From positions 118,544,001 to 118,608,000 of the forward strand of contig NC_043000.1 of assembly GCF_006345805.1 (NCBI RefSeq): a stretch of DNA of 64,000 bases, given 5' to 3'. A program made the position numbers and the translations under genes. The notes below the pieces were generated by a model. It worked only from the letters and a program-made list of their open reading frames with translations, ran no database searches and was not told the DNA's origin. Source of the stretch: Octopus sinensis. Taxonomy: Eukaryota. Shown here piece after piece: positions 12,840 to 27,140 of this stretch; position 1 is the stretch's first letter, and each line of letters begins with the position of its first letter.

Positions 12840-13000
12840 GGGTTGTCCATAAATTACATTTAAAATTTGAAAACTTCAGAAAAATATGAAAAGTAAAAAG
12901 AATTCGGCAGAGTTTGTTGGAAAAAACATAGGCAAACAGATAGGCTTTTATTCGAAACATCAGAATGCTTCCACGTGGGTTCCATTAGTCGCAAAGAAGT
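12838..13000 (-). mobile_element. Tc1/mariner 3'-end remnant
   Basis: TACGGGTTGTCCA TIR-like start; the minus frame ends ATNGTHVEAF*, resembling the NGGHFEHLL* transposase terminus. Confidence 0.35.
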
Positions 13001-13189
13001 TGATTGATGGATCTTAACTCTGATCTATATTAATAAGATTGGTTTGGTAAGACTGACGTGTCAGTCTGCTATACTCACTACGCTCTCCTCCTACATCGAC
13101 TCGCCTTACGAAGATTTTAGCGTTCCAGAAAGTAATGATTGAAGGGGAAATATGACACTGATTGTCTGCTGGTATTTGTGTGTGTGTAT

Positions 13190-13329
13190 ATGTATGTGTG
13201 TGTGCGTGTGCGTGTGCGTGTGCATGTAACTGTATGACACTGTGTGTTTGAGTGTGTGTCTGTGTTTGTTCTCGTTGATGTATGAGACTGTGTGTTTGTG
13301 TGTGCGCGTAACTGTATGAGACTCGTGTG

Positions 13330-13370
<41 letters not shown>

Positions 13371-13680
13371 GCGTGTAACTGTATGACACTGTGTGTTTAA
13401 GTGTGTGTGTGTGTGTTTGTGCTCGTTGATGTATGTAGAGTGTGTGTTTGTGTGTGCGCACAACTGTATGAGACTGTGTGTGTTTGTATGTGTGAGACTC
13501 TGTGTGAGTGTGTGTGTGTGTAACTGTATGAATGACACTGTGTGTTTCAGTGTGTGTGTGTGTGTTTGTGCTCGTTGATGTATGTGACTGTGTGTTTGTG
13601 TGTGTGCGTGTAACTGTATGAAACTGTGTGTTTGTATGTGTGAGACTGTATGAGACTCGTGTGTGTGTGTATATATGCAT
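13190..13680. repeat. (GT)n-derived higher-order minisatellite
   Basis: Six AACTGTATGA anchors alternating two subunit types, period about 145-165 bp, three repeats. Confidence 0.8.
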
Positions 13681-13771
13681 GTGTGTGTGTGTGTGTTAAA
13701 CAATAACTGAATCTGTATGTTGGTATCAGTATGTTTAACATGCAGACAGCATGTGGAATGTCTGCTGATAT

Positions 13772-13813
<42 letters not shown>

Positions 13814-14045
13814 TGTTATCTGTGGTTGTTTGTGTAACAACATAAGCCTATAATTGTCTGCGGACATATGTGCATATGTGTGTGTGTTTATATGTGTATG
13901 CATATGTCTATGTATAAAACGAATAGACTATGTGTATGTATACGTAACAATATGTGACAGTGTTTGGGTGTGTATATGCTTATGTCGTTAACTGTGTATG
14001 TTTGTGTAACAATAAGAGATTATGCAATTGCCAGCTGGTATCTGC

Positions 14046-14205
14046 TGGCGCGTGGCTTAGAAGTTAGTGTATTCGGTTCACTATCGTAAGTTCGAAAACA
14101 AGCGTTGTTACATGGTCCTCTTCCGGTCCACACAGCTGGCAAAAGTGAGTCGTACCTGTAATTCACAAGGGCCAGTCTTGTAATACTGTAAATTGTGGAA
14201 ATTGT
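14046..14205 (+). mobile_element. Old SINE family C-like remnant
   Basis: GGCGCGTGGCTTAG head; tail TACCTGTAATTCACAAGGGCCAGTCTTGT resembles 40555-40585. Confidence 0.45.
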
Positions 14206-14327
14206 AAAGCCCTCTTATGAATACTCTGTATATAGTGTATGTGTGTGTGTGGGGGTGTATGTGTGTGTGTGGGGAGGTTGTGTGTGTGTATGTACAAAAG
14301 TGTGGGTCTTTATATACAGAGGTCAAA

Positions 14328-14558
14328 GGCGGCGAGCTGGTAGAAACGTTAGCACACCGGGCGAAATGCGTAGCCGTATTTCGTCTGCCGTTACGTTCTG
14401 GGTTCAAATTCCGCCGAGGTCGACTTTGCCTTTCATCCTTTAGGGGTCGATAAATTAAGTACTAGTTACGCTCTGGGGTCGATATAATCGACTTAATCCG
14501 ATTTTCTGTCCTTGTTTGTCCTCTCTGTGTTTAGCCCCTTGTGGGTAGTAAAGAAATA
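14328..14558 (+). mobile_element. SINE family B monomer (tail type 1) with a 17-bp TSD
   Basis: TATATACAGAGGTCAAA at 14311-14327 and 14559-14575. Confidence 0.93.
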
Positions 14559-14680
14559 TATATACAGAGGTCAAAATACTTTCTCACGCGCAAATATATT
14601 AGCTTCTAGCCGGGCACGGAATAGATCCATCAAGACCTTACCGTATACAATTGCCACTACTGTGTATGTGTGTGTGTGTG

Positions 14681-14716
<36 letters not shown>

Positions 14717-15803
14717 GTGTGTGTGTGTGCGTGTACATGCATGTGTTTTTGTGTGCGCAAATAAAATATTTAATTATCTCGAAACTAATGATAGGCCTAT
14801 CATTATTCGCCATTAAGCTTCCTCCGCGTTTATATATTCATGTTGTTTTTCTAATCTCGAATAACAAAAAAAAAAAAGTAAAAAAATTAGATTTATAATA
14901 ATGAATCCCACAGTGGTTCATTAGTTTAAACAAAGATTATATTTTCCGTGGTGTAAATAAAACTAAATCTGGGGTAAAAGAAAAATTACGAATCAAATCA
15001 GCCAACGTTTGGAAAAACGTGTTCCGCAACGATCGAATTACATGAAAATTAATACATTTTGTAACTTTATATATAAGTATTTATATTTAAGCAACAGGAA
15101 TTACTATGAAGGTTTTCTTTGCATTTTCTTCCCGAATTTGACGTGGAAATGATATTTTCTTATGTTTACACACTGATTGAGAGTATAAAGGATTAGAAAA
15201 TAGTAAAAAAAAAATTTTATTGTACAATTCCGTGTTGATATTCTGATAGAGATTGTGCTTAGATTTGAGTGATATTCACATGAATCAACAGATTTTGATA
15301 ATTAAAGTTTACTCGGTCATTTTTTTTTCGAAAATTGATAGTTATTTGGTTTATTTGAAACAACTAAAATGCAACTTATTTATATGAATATCCGGCTAGA
15401 AAGATTTATTTATAGTATGTTTCTTATATTTCAGGATGCTGACTATCATAAAAACCTAGTTAATACTTGACTTTTAAATCATGGATTGGGAAGTTAGAAA
15501 TTTTAACATAAACACCTAACGTTGAATAATTCTAGTAATTTGAAAAAATCAATGTCTCAATGCTGCTTGACTCTTACAGCGCTTCTCTTCGCAAGTGACC
15601 AAGAATTTCCGTGTCTGAAGTTTAGTAATATTCCTATTAGTAACAGTAAAAAACTATTTTGGGTAAACAGTAACAAATAATGGTAAAAATTACTGCTATT
15701 TTCCGTGCATGCGTACACGCCCACAGCCACATTTCCGCACATGTTTATGTATATATGCATGTGTGTGTATGTGTGTGTATATGTATATATACACACACAC
15801 ACA

Positions 15804-16016
15804 TACTCTTTTACTCTTTTACACGTTTCAGTCATCTGACTGTGGCAATGCTGGAGCACCGCCTTTAGTCGGGCAAATCGATCCCAGAGCTTATTCTTTG
15901 TAAGCCTAGTACTTATTCAATCAATCTCTATTGCTGAACCGCTAAGTTACAGGGACGTAAACACACCAGCATCGGTTGTCAAGCGATGTTGGAGGTCACA
16001 AACACAGACACACAAG

Positions 16017-16080
<64 letters not shown>

Positions 16081-16090
16081 CGACGGGCTA
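15804..16090 (-). mobile_element. SINE family A, 3' half
   Basis: TACTCTTTTACTCTTTT tail, GCTGGAGCACCGCCTTTAGTCG, internal (CA)(TA) tract. Confidence 0.85.
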
Positions 16091-16183
16091 CTGGAAACAG
16101 CTGTAAGACCTCTTTATAAACAATTTATAAATGTTCTGAAAACTTTCACAGCCTTGGATTTTTTTATCTCATTCTCTTAATTT

Positions 16184-16243
<60 letters not shown>

Positions 16244-16246
<3 letters not shown>

Positions 16247-16500
16247 AGTGGCTGTGTAGTAAGTAGCTTGCTTACCAACCACACGGATTTGGGCTCAGTC
16301 CCACTGCGTGGCACCTTGGGAAAGTATTTTCCACTATAGCCTCGTGTTTACGTCCCGTAACTTAGCGGTTCGGCAAAAGAGACCGATAGAATAAGTACTA
16401 GGCTTGCAAAGAATAAGTCCTAGAGTCGATTTTCTCGACTAAAGGCGGTGCTCCAGCATGGCCACAGTCAAATAACTGAAACAAGTAAAAGAGTAAAAGA
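16244..16500 (+). mobile_element. SINE family A with an internal deletion
   Basis: Head GGAGTGGCTGTGTAGTAAG joined directly to the 3' half. Confidence 0.85.
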
Positions 16501-16518
16501 TTATATGTATATATATAT

Positions 16519-16572
<54 letters not shown>

Positions 16573-16999
16573 CACAAACAAACCATTTTTTCTAAATGTC
16601 ACTCTGCCCAAGTTTCTGCCTTTAAATGCAAATTGGACAAAATATATTTTTATCATACATAATCCCCAAATTACACATATTAAATGAAAGAACTGAGTGG
16701 ATACTTTTGATAATATCAAAAGAAAAATAATAAAAAGGAGCTTACATTTGACAGCTAAGATAGGAAATTATAATTGATACATGACTATTTACGTATATAT
16801 CTAAATGTAGCTGCTGATCAAACTTTCAGAAGATTGGATACCGTCATATTTCAGAATTCTTCAAATATATATAGTTCTTGTATGACTTCGTCATTATCTG
16901 CAATGGCATAGGTATTCATAAATATGACTAGTATCGAGAAAGCAGGTGTTGTACAGATAGAGTCACTATAATTTCAGTAATATACTTGAAATGAGAATC

Positions 17000-17660
17000 A
17001 AGAAAAGGAAAACGACTCGTAAGAAAAAGACACGATAGGTAATTACTATAGAAAGAGTAAAGTTTATTAATAACGTAATTCAAAGGCTACATACTGAATG
17101 AGAAAATGAAGAACAGAATGTAAAAGATATATGGTGTTGAACGAAATCTGGCGGTATGTTTTACTTGTAAGAAAACGGAGGTGTCGGTTAATTTAAGAAG
17201 CTAGCTTGTTCTGTTTGTTGCAGAAGACAAACGAAATATATTGAATATATTCATTGCTGAAACACTTCAATTTCTTGATGGATGTGGTTTGTGTATTCAT
17301 AATATGAAGGAGAGAATAGGTAAGGCAAAATTAGATATGGAAAAGGAAGAAGTTGTTTTATATTAAGCAAAAGTAAATAGGTGGCGAAATTATAAAATAT
17401 TTTATGTTTGAGAAAAACGTAGCTTGGATAATGAAACAAGAAGGAAAGAAAAAGAAAATTTTATGAATGTATGACAACTTTGTAAGTGTTAATTAAAAGA
17501 TATAATGTGTCAAAGATGTGTCTAGCAATAAAACTGAGATCAACAGAATCAATAGAAATATAAAGTGCAAACATATTGGATAATTAAATTGTACAAATAA
17601 GAAAATAATCGAATGATTAGAAGGAGAACAATTTAGGTAAAACGAAATGATAAGAGTAGG
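17000..17660 (+). pseudogene. Heavily decayed RTE-like LINE RT fragment
   Basis: Broken frames give MKERIGKAK and WIMKQEGKKKK, reminiscent of the RTE RRIG.AK and ETW motifs; many stops. Confidence 0.35.
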
Positions 17661-17715
17661 AATATTATCCATCCATCAATCCATCTTCTCCACCCACTAT
17701 TCTTGGGAGGGTCTT

Positions 17716-17841
17716 GTGAGTACACTCCTCAGGCACCTCCTCTAAAGGGTCCCTTCAGTGGGTACACTCCTCAATCACCTCCTCTAAAGGGTCCCATTAG
17801 TGGGTACACTCCTCAGGCACCTCCTCTAAAGGGTCCTATCA
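17716..17841. repeat. 42-bp tandem repeat x3
   Basis: GTGGGTACACTCCTCAGGCACCTCCTCTAAAGGGTCCCATTA units start at 17716, 17758 and 17800. Confidence 0.92.
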
Positions 17842-19106
17842 GAAGCAATCGTCATTTCATGTAGATTCCCAAGCGTAACCGATTGAGACTATGGTATATT
17901 ATCCAACCATCTCGCTCTTTGTCTTCTCCTAAATTTCCTGCCACTTGGCTCGATTTCAAGATTCCATCTTACGGTTCTTTCCTGCAACATTCTCACCACA
18001 TGTCTTTATACCGGAGCTGTGATCACTCAATGCGAAGAGATAGCGGTTCGATCTAGATAGATTCCCTGATCTCCGAAATATGCACCCTATCGTGTAACGT
18101 TACTCGGGAGATCCTTCGAAGAATCCCATTTCGACCGCTTCATCATCATCATCAGCATCATCATCATTTAACTTCCGCTTTCCATGCTAGCATGGGTTGG
18201 ACGATTTGACTGAGGTCTGGCGAACCAGACTCCAATCTGATCTGGCAGAGTTTCTACAGCTGGATGCTCTTCCTAACGCCAACCACTCCGAAGCACGAGG
18301 GCCAGTTTGGAGGTACTGGCAACGGCCACGCCCAAATTGTGCTTTTTATGTGCCACCTACACAGGATTGTATTAGAAAAACAGAATTAACGTCGATAATG
18401 TTGTTTTTTTGTGCTATTTTTCTTTGAAGTCGTAAGTATTGTAATTGTTTGACGAATTTCACTTTGAAACAGAGATGAAGTCAAAGGGAATATTTTTTCG
18501 CCTCAGTACTACTAACATTTGATCAAACCCTATTACAACTAGTAAAAATCAATTTTACAATATAGTCTTTGACAGGATTCCAGTATTTTAAAACATATGC
18601 ATAAGCACTTGTATCTAGAATTATTTCATTTTGTATGTTAGCTGCATAATCTGACATTGCTACGTATCATTTCGAGTAAAGATGTCAACTCGAAAAAGAA
18701 AAATCAACAGTTTTCAGAGTTTTAAAATAAAGCAACGTTTTTTTTTTTAAGCCAGTGATAAACGTAAACGTTTTCAAACTCTAACTTCACGTTTGTATGT
18801 AGTGATTTATAGTGATTTCAATTGTACAAAGAAGAAAACTTTCAGTTCAAACGAAATATCCGAAAGGGAGTCAGAACATGAAACCAATTTCTGGCTATGA
18901 AAAAACCGTTGTCGTTTATTATAAGTTACTCTATAGAAAAGTAGAGAGACAAAACAGCGTAAAATGTGTGTGTTACGACTGTTCTTGTTAGTCATCAAAG
19001 CAGTATCAAAGCTCAAGATATTTCTTTTGCTTCTTGCTTGAATATGTGACAAGGACATAGAACTTGACACCAGAGTTGAAACAGCCGAATGCTATTGCCA
19101 TTGGCC
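17839..19106 (-). repeat. Copy 1 of a ~1.1-kb segment also present inverted at 36194-37263; includes an RTE LINE C-terminal remnant
   Basis: Colinear reverse-complement similarity of roughly 80% by eye; copy 2 reads GHVVRMLQERIVRWNLEVEPSGRRPRSKPRSRWLENI (RTE-like). Confidence 0.85.
18133..18362 (-). mobile_element. Retroposon with a (GAT)n tail (RTE-type 3' end) inserted into copy 1
   Basis: GGCGTTAGGAAGAGCATCCAGCTGTAG...CCATGCTAGCATGGAAAGCGG..(GAT)n; absent at the paralogous empty site near 36960. Confidence 0.8.
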
Positions 19107-19323
19107 AATCAACAAAAAGGAACGTGATTTCTCTCAGAGTGAAAAGCTTTGCAGGGTTATTGAGAGACTTACTGAACTATAAATTACGTGGTTGCATAAA
19201 ACCACTAAACAAGATCGATAAATCAAAAGATGAACACTCAGTTCAAGCCAAACGATTAATTAGAAGGTTTCCCATGTCTTAAGTAAGGCATCTTGAAAGA
19301 AATATTTAAATCTAATAACAGTA

Positions 19324-19680
19324 TCTTTTCTCTTTTATTATTTTCAGTCGTTGGTTGCGGCCATGCTGGTGCGCCACCTCGAAGGCTTATGGGCGAACAA
19401 ATCGATCGCACTACTTATGTTCTTTAACAATCTAGTACTTATTCTATCGGTTCTCTTTTACCATATCGCTTAGATACGGGGGAGTAAACAAACCACACAC
19501 ACACACACACACACACACACAAGGTATTGCATAGTTTTGGACAGGATGGTTTTCTATACAATTTCCATCAACCAAGTTCCCTCATAAGGCATTGGTCGGA
19601 CCGATGGAAATTGTAGAAGAGTACCAAAGTACCACGCAATAGGATTGAACCTGAGACCTAGTAGTTGCTAAGCAAGCATT
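19324..19680 (-). mobile_element. SINE family A, diverged
   Basis: GCGGCCATGCTGGTGCGCCACC and GGTCGGACCG..GTAGAAGA..CACGCA. Confidence 0.7.
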
Positions 19681-19752
19681 TTTAAACTCGGGTCTGCACT
19701 TTTAATCATACTTTAATTATCCAAGGTTGTCTCGAACTGACATCGTCGTTAC

Positions 19753-19840
19753 AATCAGTTTAATTTAATTTTCTAATCAGTTTAATTTAATTTTCTAATC
19801 AGTTTAATTTAATTTTCTAATCAGTTTAATTTAATTTTTT
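19753..19840. repeat. 22-bp tandem repeat x4
   Basis: AATCAGTTTAATTTAATTTTCT units start at 19753, 19775, 19797 and 19819. Confidence 0.92.
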
Positions 19841-20069
19841 AACTTTTTTAATGATATTAATTCTAGTTCGTAGATCTAGTAAGTTCTTTGTTAACTTGGG
19901 TGTGGAGATTTTTTAAAAAATTTCTTGTTAACTTTTTCGGAGAAATTTCTCGCATTTGTTAAGTCCTAATTCTAAGAATCTCGAGTTAACTAGTAAAAAA
20001 ATGATTACCATTTTTCGTTGAGAATTACACAAAATATAAACTCTTTCGCTTCTGAAATTGGAGAGTTAA

Positions 20070-20290
20070 GGCGAGTGGTGTAGTGGTTAAAATGTTGCAC
20101 TCGTGATCTTTCAGTTGTAGTTTCGATTCATAGATCAGGTAATATGAGAAGTTTTTAAGCAAAACACTGCATTTTACACTGCTCGAGTTCACTCGGCTGT
20201 AAATGAATAACCCTGCAACAGACCGACGTCCCATTCAGAGTAATTTTGCAATCTCGGTCACTTCTATGCTATAGAAATCGAGTAACCGTC
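20070..20290 (+). mobile_element. Ancient tRNA-derived SINE, possibly with a V-domain-like body
   Basis: A box TGGTGTAGTGG, B-box-like GTTTCGATTC, then CACTCGGCTGTAAATG...CCTGCAACAGACCGACGTCCCATTCAG. Confidence 0.45.
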
Positions 20291-22010
20291 TCCTTGAGTT
20301 TGGTGTGATTTGAACTCAGAGATGCTCTACTGAACTGTACTAACTATGTCAATTTCGAATCATGGTTAAGAAGCCACTCGACTTTATTTACGACTGGAGA
20401 ATGATTCTCAAGGCATGAATATGATATTTACTTTCCCCTAAAGTCTAAAACGAAACCAACATGTCAAAATAAATAATTGTAAGGCAGATTTTCGCATTGT
20501 AATTTCAGTAGAAATAATTAAATCCACTTTAAATTTTATGCGCTAACATTCGCTGGTTAACTTGTAAATTCAATTTCAGTTCATTTTCAGTTATTCTTTG
20601 TAAAACTCCCATAACTTAATTTGAACGCGATATTTATTTCAGTCTTCATCAAATAGAAAAAAGACCGAATTCCTATTATCTGAATGCGTCGCTTTTTCTA
20701 TACTAATAGTACCTCGATTCTAACAAGAATCCATAAATGAGGAGGGAATCTATTTTCACGAATCATTAAATTCTCTTCATGCGCTTCCGAGAAACAATAA
20801 TTTTGAGGACACTTTCAAGAAAAATCAGTCATTAACACAACATTCTCTCCCATTCAAAAAAGTGACGTAATATTCTCCCCTTTATGTTCATTCATATTTG
20901 CACTGCGATTATATTGATTTTCACAAAACAAACCGCTCAATTTTGTAGAACGATGGTGAATGGATCGACCAAAATATCTTACCTTGTTTTATCGATTACC
21001 TAATCTTAAAAGGCAAAATCCAACGCGCTGGAATTTGAACACAATATATAGAGAACTGAGATCAAATACTAGTAACATTTCAGTCCAGTACTTATTTCCT
21101 TTTGAACTCTGATGCTACCGAACGCATGTTTGATTCAATGTGAATTTCCAAATAATACACCAAATCGATAAATGATTTTTTTTATTCGTAACTGCCGATC
21201 ATATATACAAAACTTCGAAAAGTACATTTCAGTGACTAATTTTTCTTAGAGCCAGGAAATAATTAAACACCGAATAACTACTAACATGATCAACTCTCAA
21301 GTAAGATCCACAATGGAATAATGTCATTTTACTGATTGCAGCTAAAAGATAATTATCTAGTTCATTAGCAAGAATTTAGCAATACAATCCGTTTTGTAGT
21401 AAGCAGACGCCGTCACTTTATTTCTTCGTCTATCGCTACCACAACGGCTTATTCTCCTGGAAAATATCTCGTTGCATGTCACCTCTGCCCAAACCATCAT
21501 GTCACACATCTTTCCTACTCACCTTTCCCATTTTGACTCTTCTGTCTTACCTTTCATTAGACAATTGCACCAGTTCTTTCTCATAACGTCAATCCTCTGG
21601 AATTTCGGATTCACGTTTATGGTACAGACGTTGCCTTACAGATATACAAGCTAGTCATCAGATGGATCAATCCCAAAGAACCTGCAGATATCAGAGGTCC
21701 AACCACTTCTTCCTGACTAAAAAAAAACTTTTTAAAGGAAAAAAAAAATTTAAATGTCTTTATACATCACACTCTGTCAAATTTGTGATCTTTTACATTC
21801 ATGCCGGTCGATGCAAAGATCTTTGTCTTTGTAAGCATCAATAATTAAGCGGTTATGTTTACTGAGAGATATCTAACAAAACACACAAATATATAATTTA
21901 ACACAAAATGATAATCTTATTCCTAAGATATAAGAAATAGCTATTTTTCGCTCCACACTAACAGACCAAACGATATGACTACGTATAGGTTTGCGTGGGT
22001 GTAAATGTGT

Positions 22011-22041
<31 letters not shown>

Positions 22042-22539
22042 GAGTGTGTGGGTGTGTGTGTATTTCAGTATCTTTATAATTTATGTGCATAAGCGTCTAG
22101 TTTCAAACGATTGAGTTATTATTTTTGATTAAAAATGACATGGTCGAATATACTTCCCTCGAAATTATGAATAATTTAGTAGAAAAAAAAAACAGAAAAG
22201 ATATTTAAATGAGAAGACTTTTTAAATGAAATAATTATTTTATCTCATAGGATTACATTTCCCCGCTTCTTTATGACATGTGTTTATAAATAGCCAATGG
22301 TTTCGTGTAAGAACAGAGGAATGCTTGCACCTGAGTTTCGTTTTTCTTTCCGAGTTATTGCTCTCAGCAGTGGCATAAACATGACGTATGGTGTATTTTA
22401 TTTATCTATAGAATGTAGGATACAAATAGCCGCACATTCATGTTTTCATTTATTTATTTATTTGTGTATATTTCTGAATATATGTGTGGGTGAGTGTACA
22501 CCTGTGTGTATTATATGTGTATATATATATATGTCTATG

Positions 22540-22571
<32 letters not shown>

Positions 22572-22774
22572 CGTGTTTGTGTGTGCGTATGTATATATAT
22601 ATAAATATATATTCGCGATAAAAGGAATATACATTTATACATCTACGTTTATCTGTATAGTGTATGCTTGCATGTGTATATAAATACACATTTAGTAATA
22701 GACAGAAATAGGAAGGAAAGACAGACAGACAGACAGATAGATAGATACATACATACATACATACGTACGTACAG

Positions 22775-22807
<33 letters not shown>

Positions 22808-22972
22808 CATATATACAAGTATGTATATACATATATATGTATATAGATATGTATGTATATACATATGTATGTATGTATATATATATATATAATATATATA
22901 TATATATATAATATATACATATATATATATATATAATATATATATATATATGTATGTATATATATATATATG

Positions 22973-23011
<39 letters not shown>

Positions 23012-23294
23012 ACATATGTATGTATGTATATATACTTATGTATGTATGTATATATGTGTGTGTGTGTGCGTGAAAAACAATAATAATAAATAGCAACAAT
23101 GTGTTTTGAATGGCACAGCAATACACTATAATAACTGGTGTAATTTAATCATCCGTAGTCTGATATAATGTTTCGGAATATAAAAATTCCTTCTTCAGAT
23201 ATCGCAAGAGATTGATCGAGTCACTACTACAATCGATCTTCCAACAGCTTTTTTCTTTCACAATGCTTCAAGCGAACTACAATACTCTCCTATG

Positions 23295-23327
<33 letters not shown>

Positions 23328-23834
23328 TTTTCTATACTTACACTTTTTATATATTTTTTATCCTTCGTCCTGAATTCTCGCCCCTCCATCTTTATCTCTA
23401 TTTACTCTTATTACCAGGTTCCTTCACGTCTGTCTGTATTTATACATTTATACATTTATATATGTATATATTTATTTATTAATTTATTTACATTACTTCA
23501 ACATCAAAACTTCCTCATTCTACATTGAGAGAAGAACGAGATGGACGCTTCATTTTTATGCTGTTGCCGCATTATGTCGTACGCGAATGAGAGGATTTGC
23601 ATCCCCAACCAAGAATTTTTGATGTAATACATGTCCTTGCGGAAGTAGTTGTGCGCGGCTGAAGAAGGCCACAGACATACATTATGCATTGTTATAAATC
23701 CGTCTAATAAAGGCCCGAAACATATGTACCGCTGAATCCTTGGCGTCATTTTTTTATTTTGATTAATTTACTCCACCACCTACACCACCAAACGGTATAT
23801 ACAGGTGTTCACAATTATCAAGTACTCACCCCGA

Positions 23835-23889
<55 letters not shown>

Positions 23890-23890
<1 letters not shown>

Positions 23891-24300
23891 TCTCTTTTAC
23901 TCTTCTACTTGTTTCAGTCATTTGACTGCGGCCATGCTGGAGAACCGCCTTTAGTCGAGCAAATCGACCCCGGGACTTATTCTTTGTAAGCCCAGTACTT
24001 ATTCTATCGGTCTCTTTTGCCGAACCGCTAAGTGACGGGGACGTAACCACACCAGAATCGGTTGTCAAGCAGTGCTAGGGGGACAAACACAGACACACAA
24101 ACAGATACACACACACTTATATATATATACATATATACGACAGGCTTCTTTCAATTTCCGTCTACCAAATCCACTTACAAAGCATTGTTCGGCCCGGGGC
24201 TATAGCAGAAGACACTTGCCCAAGATGCCACGCAGTGGGACTGAACCCGGAACCATGTGGTTGGTTAGCAAGCTACTTACCACACAGCCACTCCTGCGCC
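23890..24300 (-). mobile_element. SINE family A, full length
   Basis: Head GGCGCAGGAGTGGCTGTGTGGTAAG, B-box-like GGTTCAGTCC, CORE-like segment, internal microsatellite and tail. Confidence 0.92.
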
Positions 24301-24315
24301 TATATATATATATAT

Positions 24316-24918
24316 ATACAAAATTAGGAGGAATGACCACTAAAGTGGTCTCCTAATATGCTAAACATAGACGTCAAATCGCCATTACCACGAAGGATGT
24401 GTTCTCAAGGAAAATCACAGCAAAACGCCAAAATGTAAAAGTGAGCAAGACAAATGAAAATATACGAAATAATAAAACGATTACTTACGTATCAATGGTT
24501 TCACTTGTTAATATCTATGCATGCAAACACGCAGATATCTGCTAGATCGTCAGCGTAGTCTGTCGCTTACAAAACACAATTTCCAGAACTAGATACAGAA
24601 CGCTCAACCGAAATCGAGCAAGTATTATGTTCTACAAATTATATTTGGGTGTATTTTTCAAATGTCTTCACTTTGGCGCGCTGAGGCCGGAAATTATTCT
24701 GCAGTTAATAAATTCCAGCTGCCAATTTACCGGTTAGAGAACCTATTTTTGTTTAAAATTAAATAATAAAGGTAGAAATTGATAATTAATCAATTAAAAC
24801 CAGTGGCTTAGCATATTTAAAAATCCGAAGATTAAATATTGTGTTACATACAAAATTAAGAGGAATGACCACTAAAGTGGACACCTAATATGCTAAACAT
24901 AGACGTCAAATCGCCATT
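24316..24918. repeat. ~600-bp segment bounded by ~72-bp direct repeats (possible tandem pLTR remnant)
   Basis: TACAAAATTA(G/A)GAGGAATGACCACTAAAGTGG...GACGTCAAATCGCCATT at about 24316-24388 and 24848-24918. Confidence 0.7.
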
Positions 24919-25627
24919 GATAGATAGATGGATACATACATACATACATACATACATACATACATACATACATACATGGATAGATGGATAGATGCATGGA
25001 TGGATGGATTGATGGATGGGTGGGTGGATGGATGAATGGATGGACGGACGGACGGATGGATGGATGGATAATGGACATTTGTTCTTAAAGACTTACTTCG
25101 GAAGTCTTCCAAATGCTGAATGAGCTGATTTGATCTTGAGTTTTACATCTTTTTCAGAAGAGTTATAGGAAAGAAGGTTTCCCCATCGGAAAGAAGGTGA
25201 CTAACTTTGCTAAGACCGAAATCTAACTATGATAAACAGTCCATTATCGAAACGGCATCATTATATTTCCTGGAACAAGTACAAAAAGCATAACAATAAA
25301 TAGAAGGAAGAATATAGCTCTTCTTCAATCCGCATTTAATCGGAAAATGTTCAGAAAGGTTGTTTTGATAAGGAAAAAAAATCATGTGACTTATCACCGT
25401 GAACCTTTGAAATGAAATGATTTAGTCAGGTAGAGTGGTGAAGAACCTTTCCATTTGGCATTTCTTGATATGCTGTCGATGGATTTTACGAAATCTTCAA
25501 AGAAAAGGAAGAGAAATTTCTGTTCTTTGTCATTTTATTGCAGTGTTCTTGCTTCAAGAGACGAAGTTGGTGGCTTACCAAGCTATTGTCATCATTTTAT
25601 TGTAGTAAGATTATATATTTATTCAAT

Positions 25628-26193
<566 letters not shown>

Positions 26194-27140
26194 AATGTAA
26201 ATAATGAACATAATTCCTCGTCTGTTGAATATAGAACTATATATTTATTCATTCATATATCGAACTAAGTCAAACTATTTGAAAAAATATTCATTATTCA
26301 CGTGACCTTGTAATAGTTTTTATAATTTATTTTTGAATAGTCCACAGAAAATTACATTTATCACTTTAACCAGTCATTATAAATGTAATCTTCATAATTT
26401 GAAGCCATTTTGATGAGTGACAACGCACGAAACTTCAGGCCCTTGAATCACTCTGTAACTTCTCTCAATTAATAAAATATGTACTCAGGTTTTGAGTTCT
26501 GCTTTCCTATATAACAAACATAATAACATAAAGCAAAATACGTGCCACAGAAGAGTTAATGTTAGATTAAAATCTGTAAATAACATTGTCTTACGATAAA
26601 AGAAATTTGGTTACTTTTTAAAGATATAAATAAATTTATAAGTACTGTTATTTTAAAATTTTCCACTTTCTTTATTATTAAAGTATTGAATTTAAATAAA
26701 CGTAAATTATCAGTGATGTGACTGGAAATGATGATGGAAGTACGTTACTTTTCATAAGGAGTAAAAATCTTAAAAAGCACAAATGCTTCAGAAATCTGGA
26801 AACCTGAACGAGGAGAGATACAATTATATAAAAAATACATTATTTATATCCAAAAAATAAGACAAATCAAATCAAATGACAAAATGAAATAAGAAAAAAT
26901 AAGAAGAGTAGAAGGGATTAAAATAGATCTATTAAAGCAAACATAAAATTTATGTTATATGTCTTAGGGATAAACTACAAAATATGATTTATCTTGTAAA
27001 GGAATCAAGGACTACAGCTAGAAGAGAGCTATTTAGAAATTTATAGTTATTGTGTAAATACAGAATTATTACAACTCAACGAAGTCAGAAAATTTAATAC
27101 ATTTCAAAAGAAATATACAAACTGTATGATTATGTATTTG

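Noticed and set aside
17716-17841. CRISPR-like appearance of the 42-bp repeats
   Set aside because: The units are contiguous with no unique spacers, there are no cas genes, and the context is eukaryotic.
21400-21720. Possible ancient LINE fragment or exon pair on the minus strand
   Set aside because: It is too decayed to translate into a diagnostic motif.
25158-25196. 39-nt plus-strand exon candidate (KSYRKEGFPIGKK)
   Set aside because: The donor GTGACT is only moderate, there is no partner exon, and an equally good minus-strand 19-nt candidate overlaps nearby, indicating chance.
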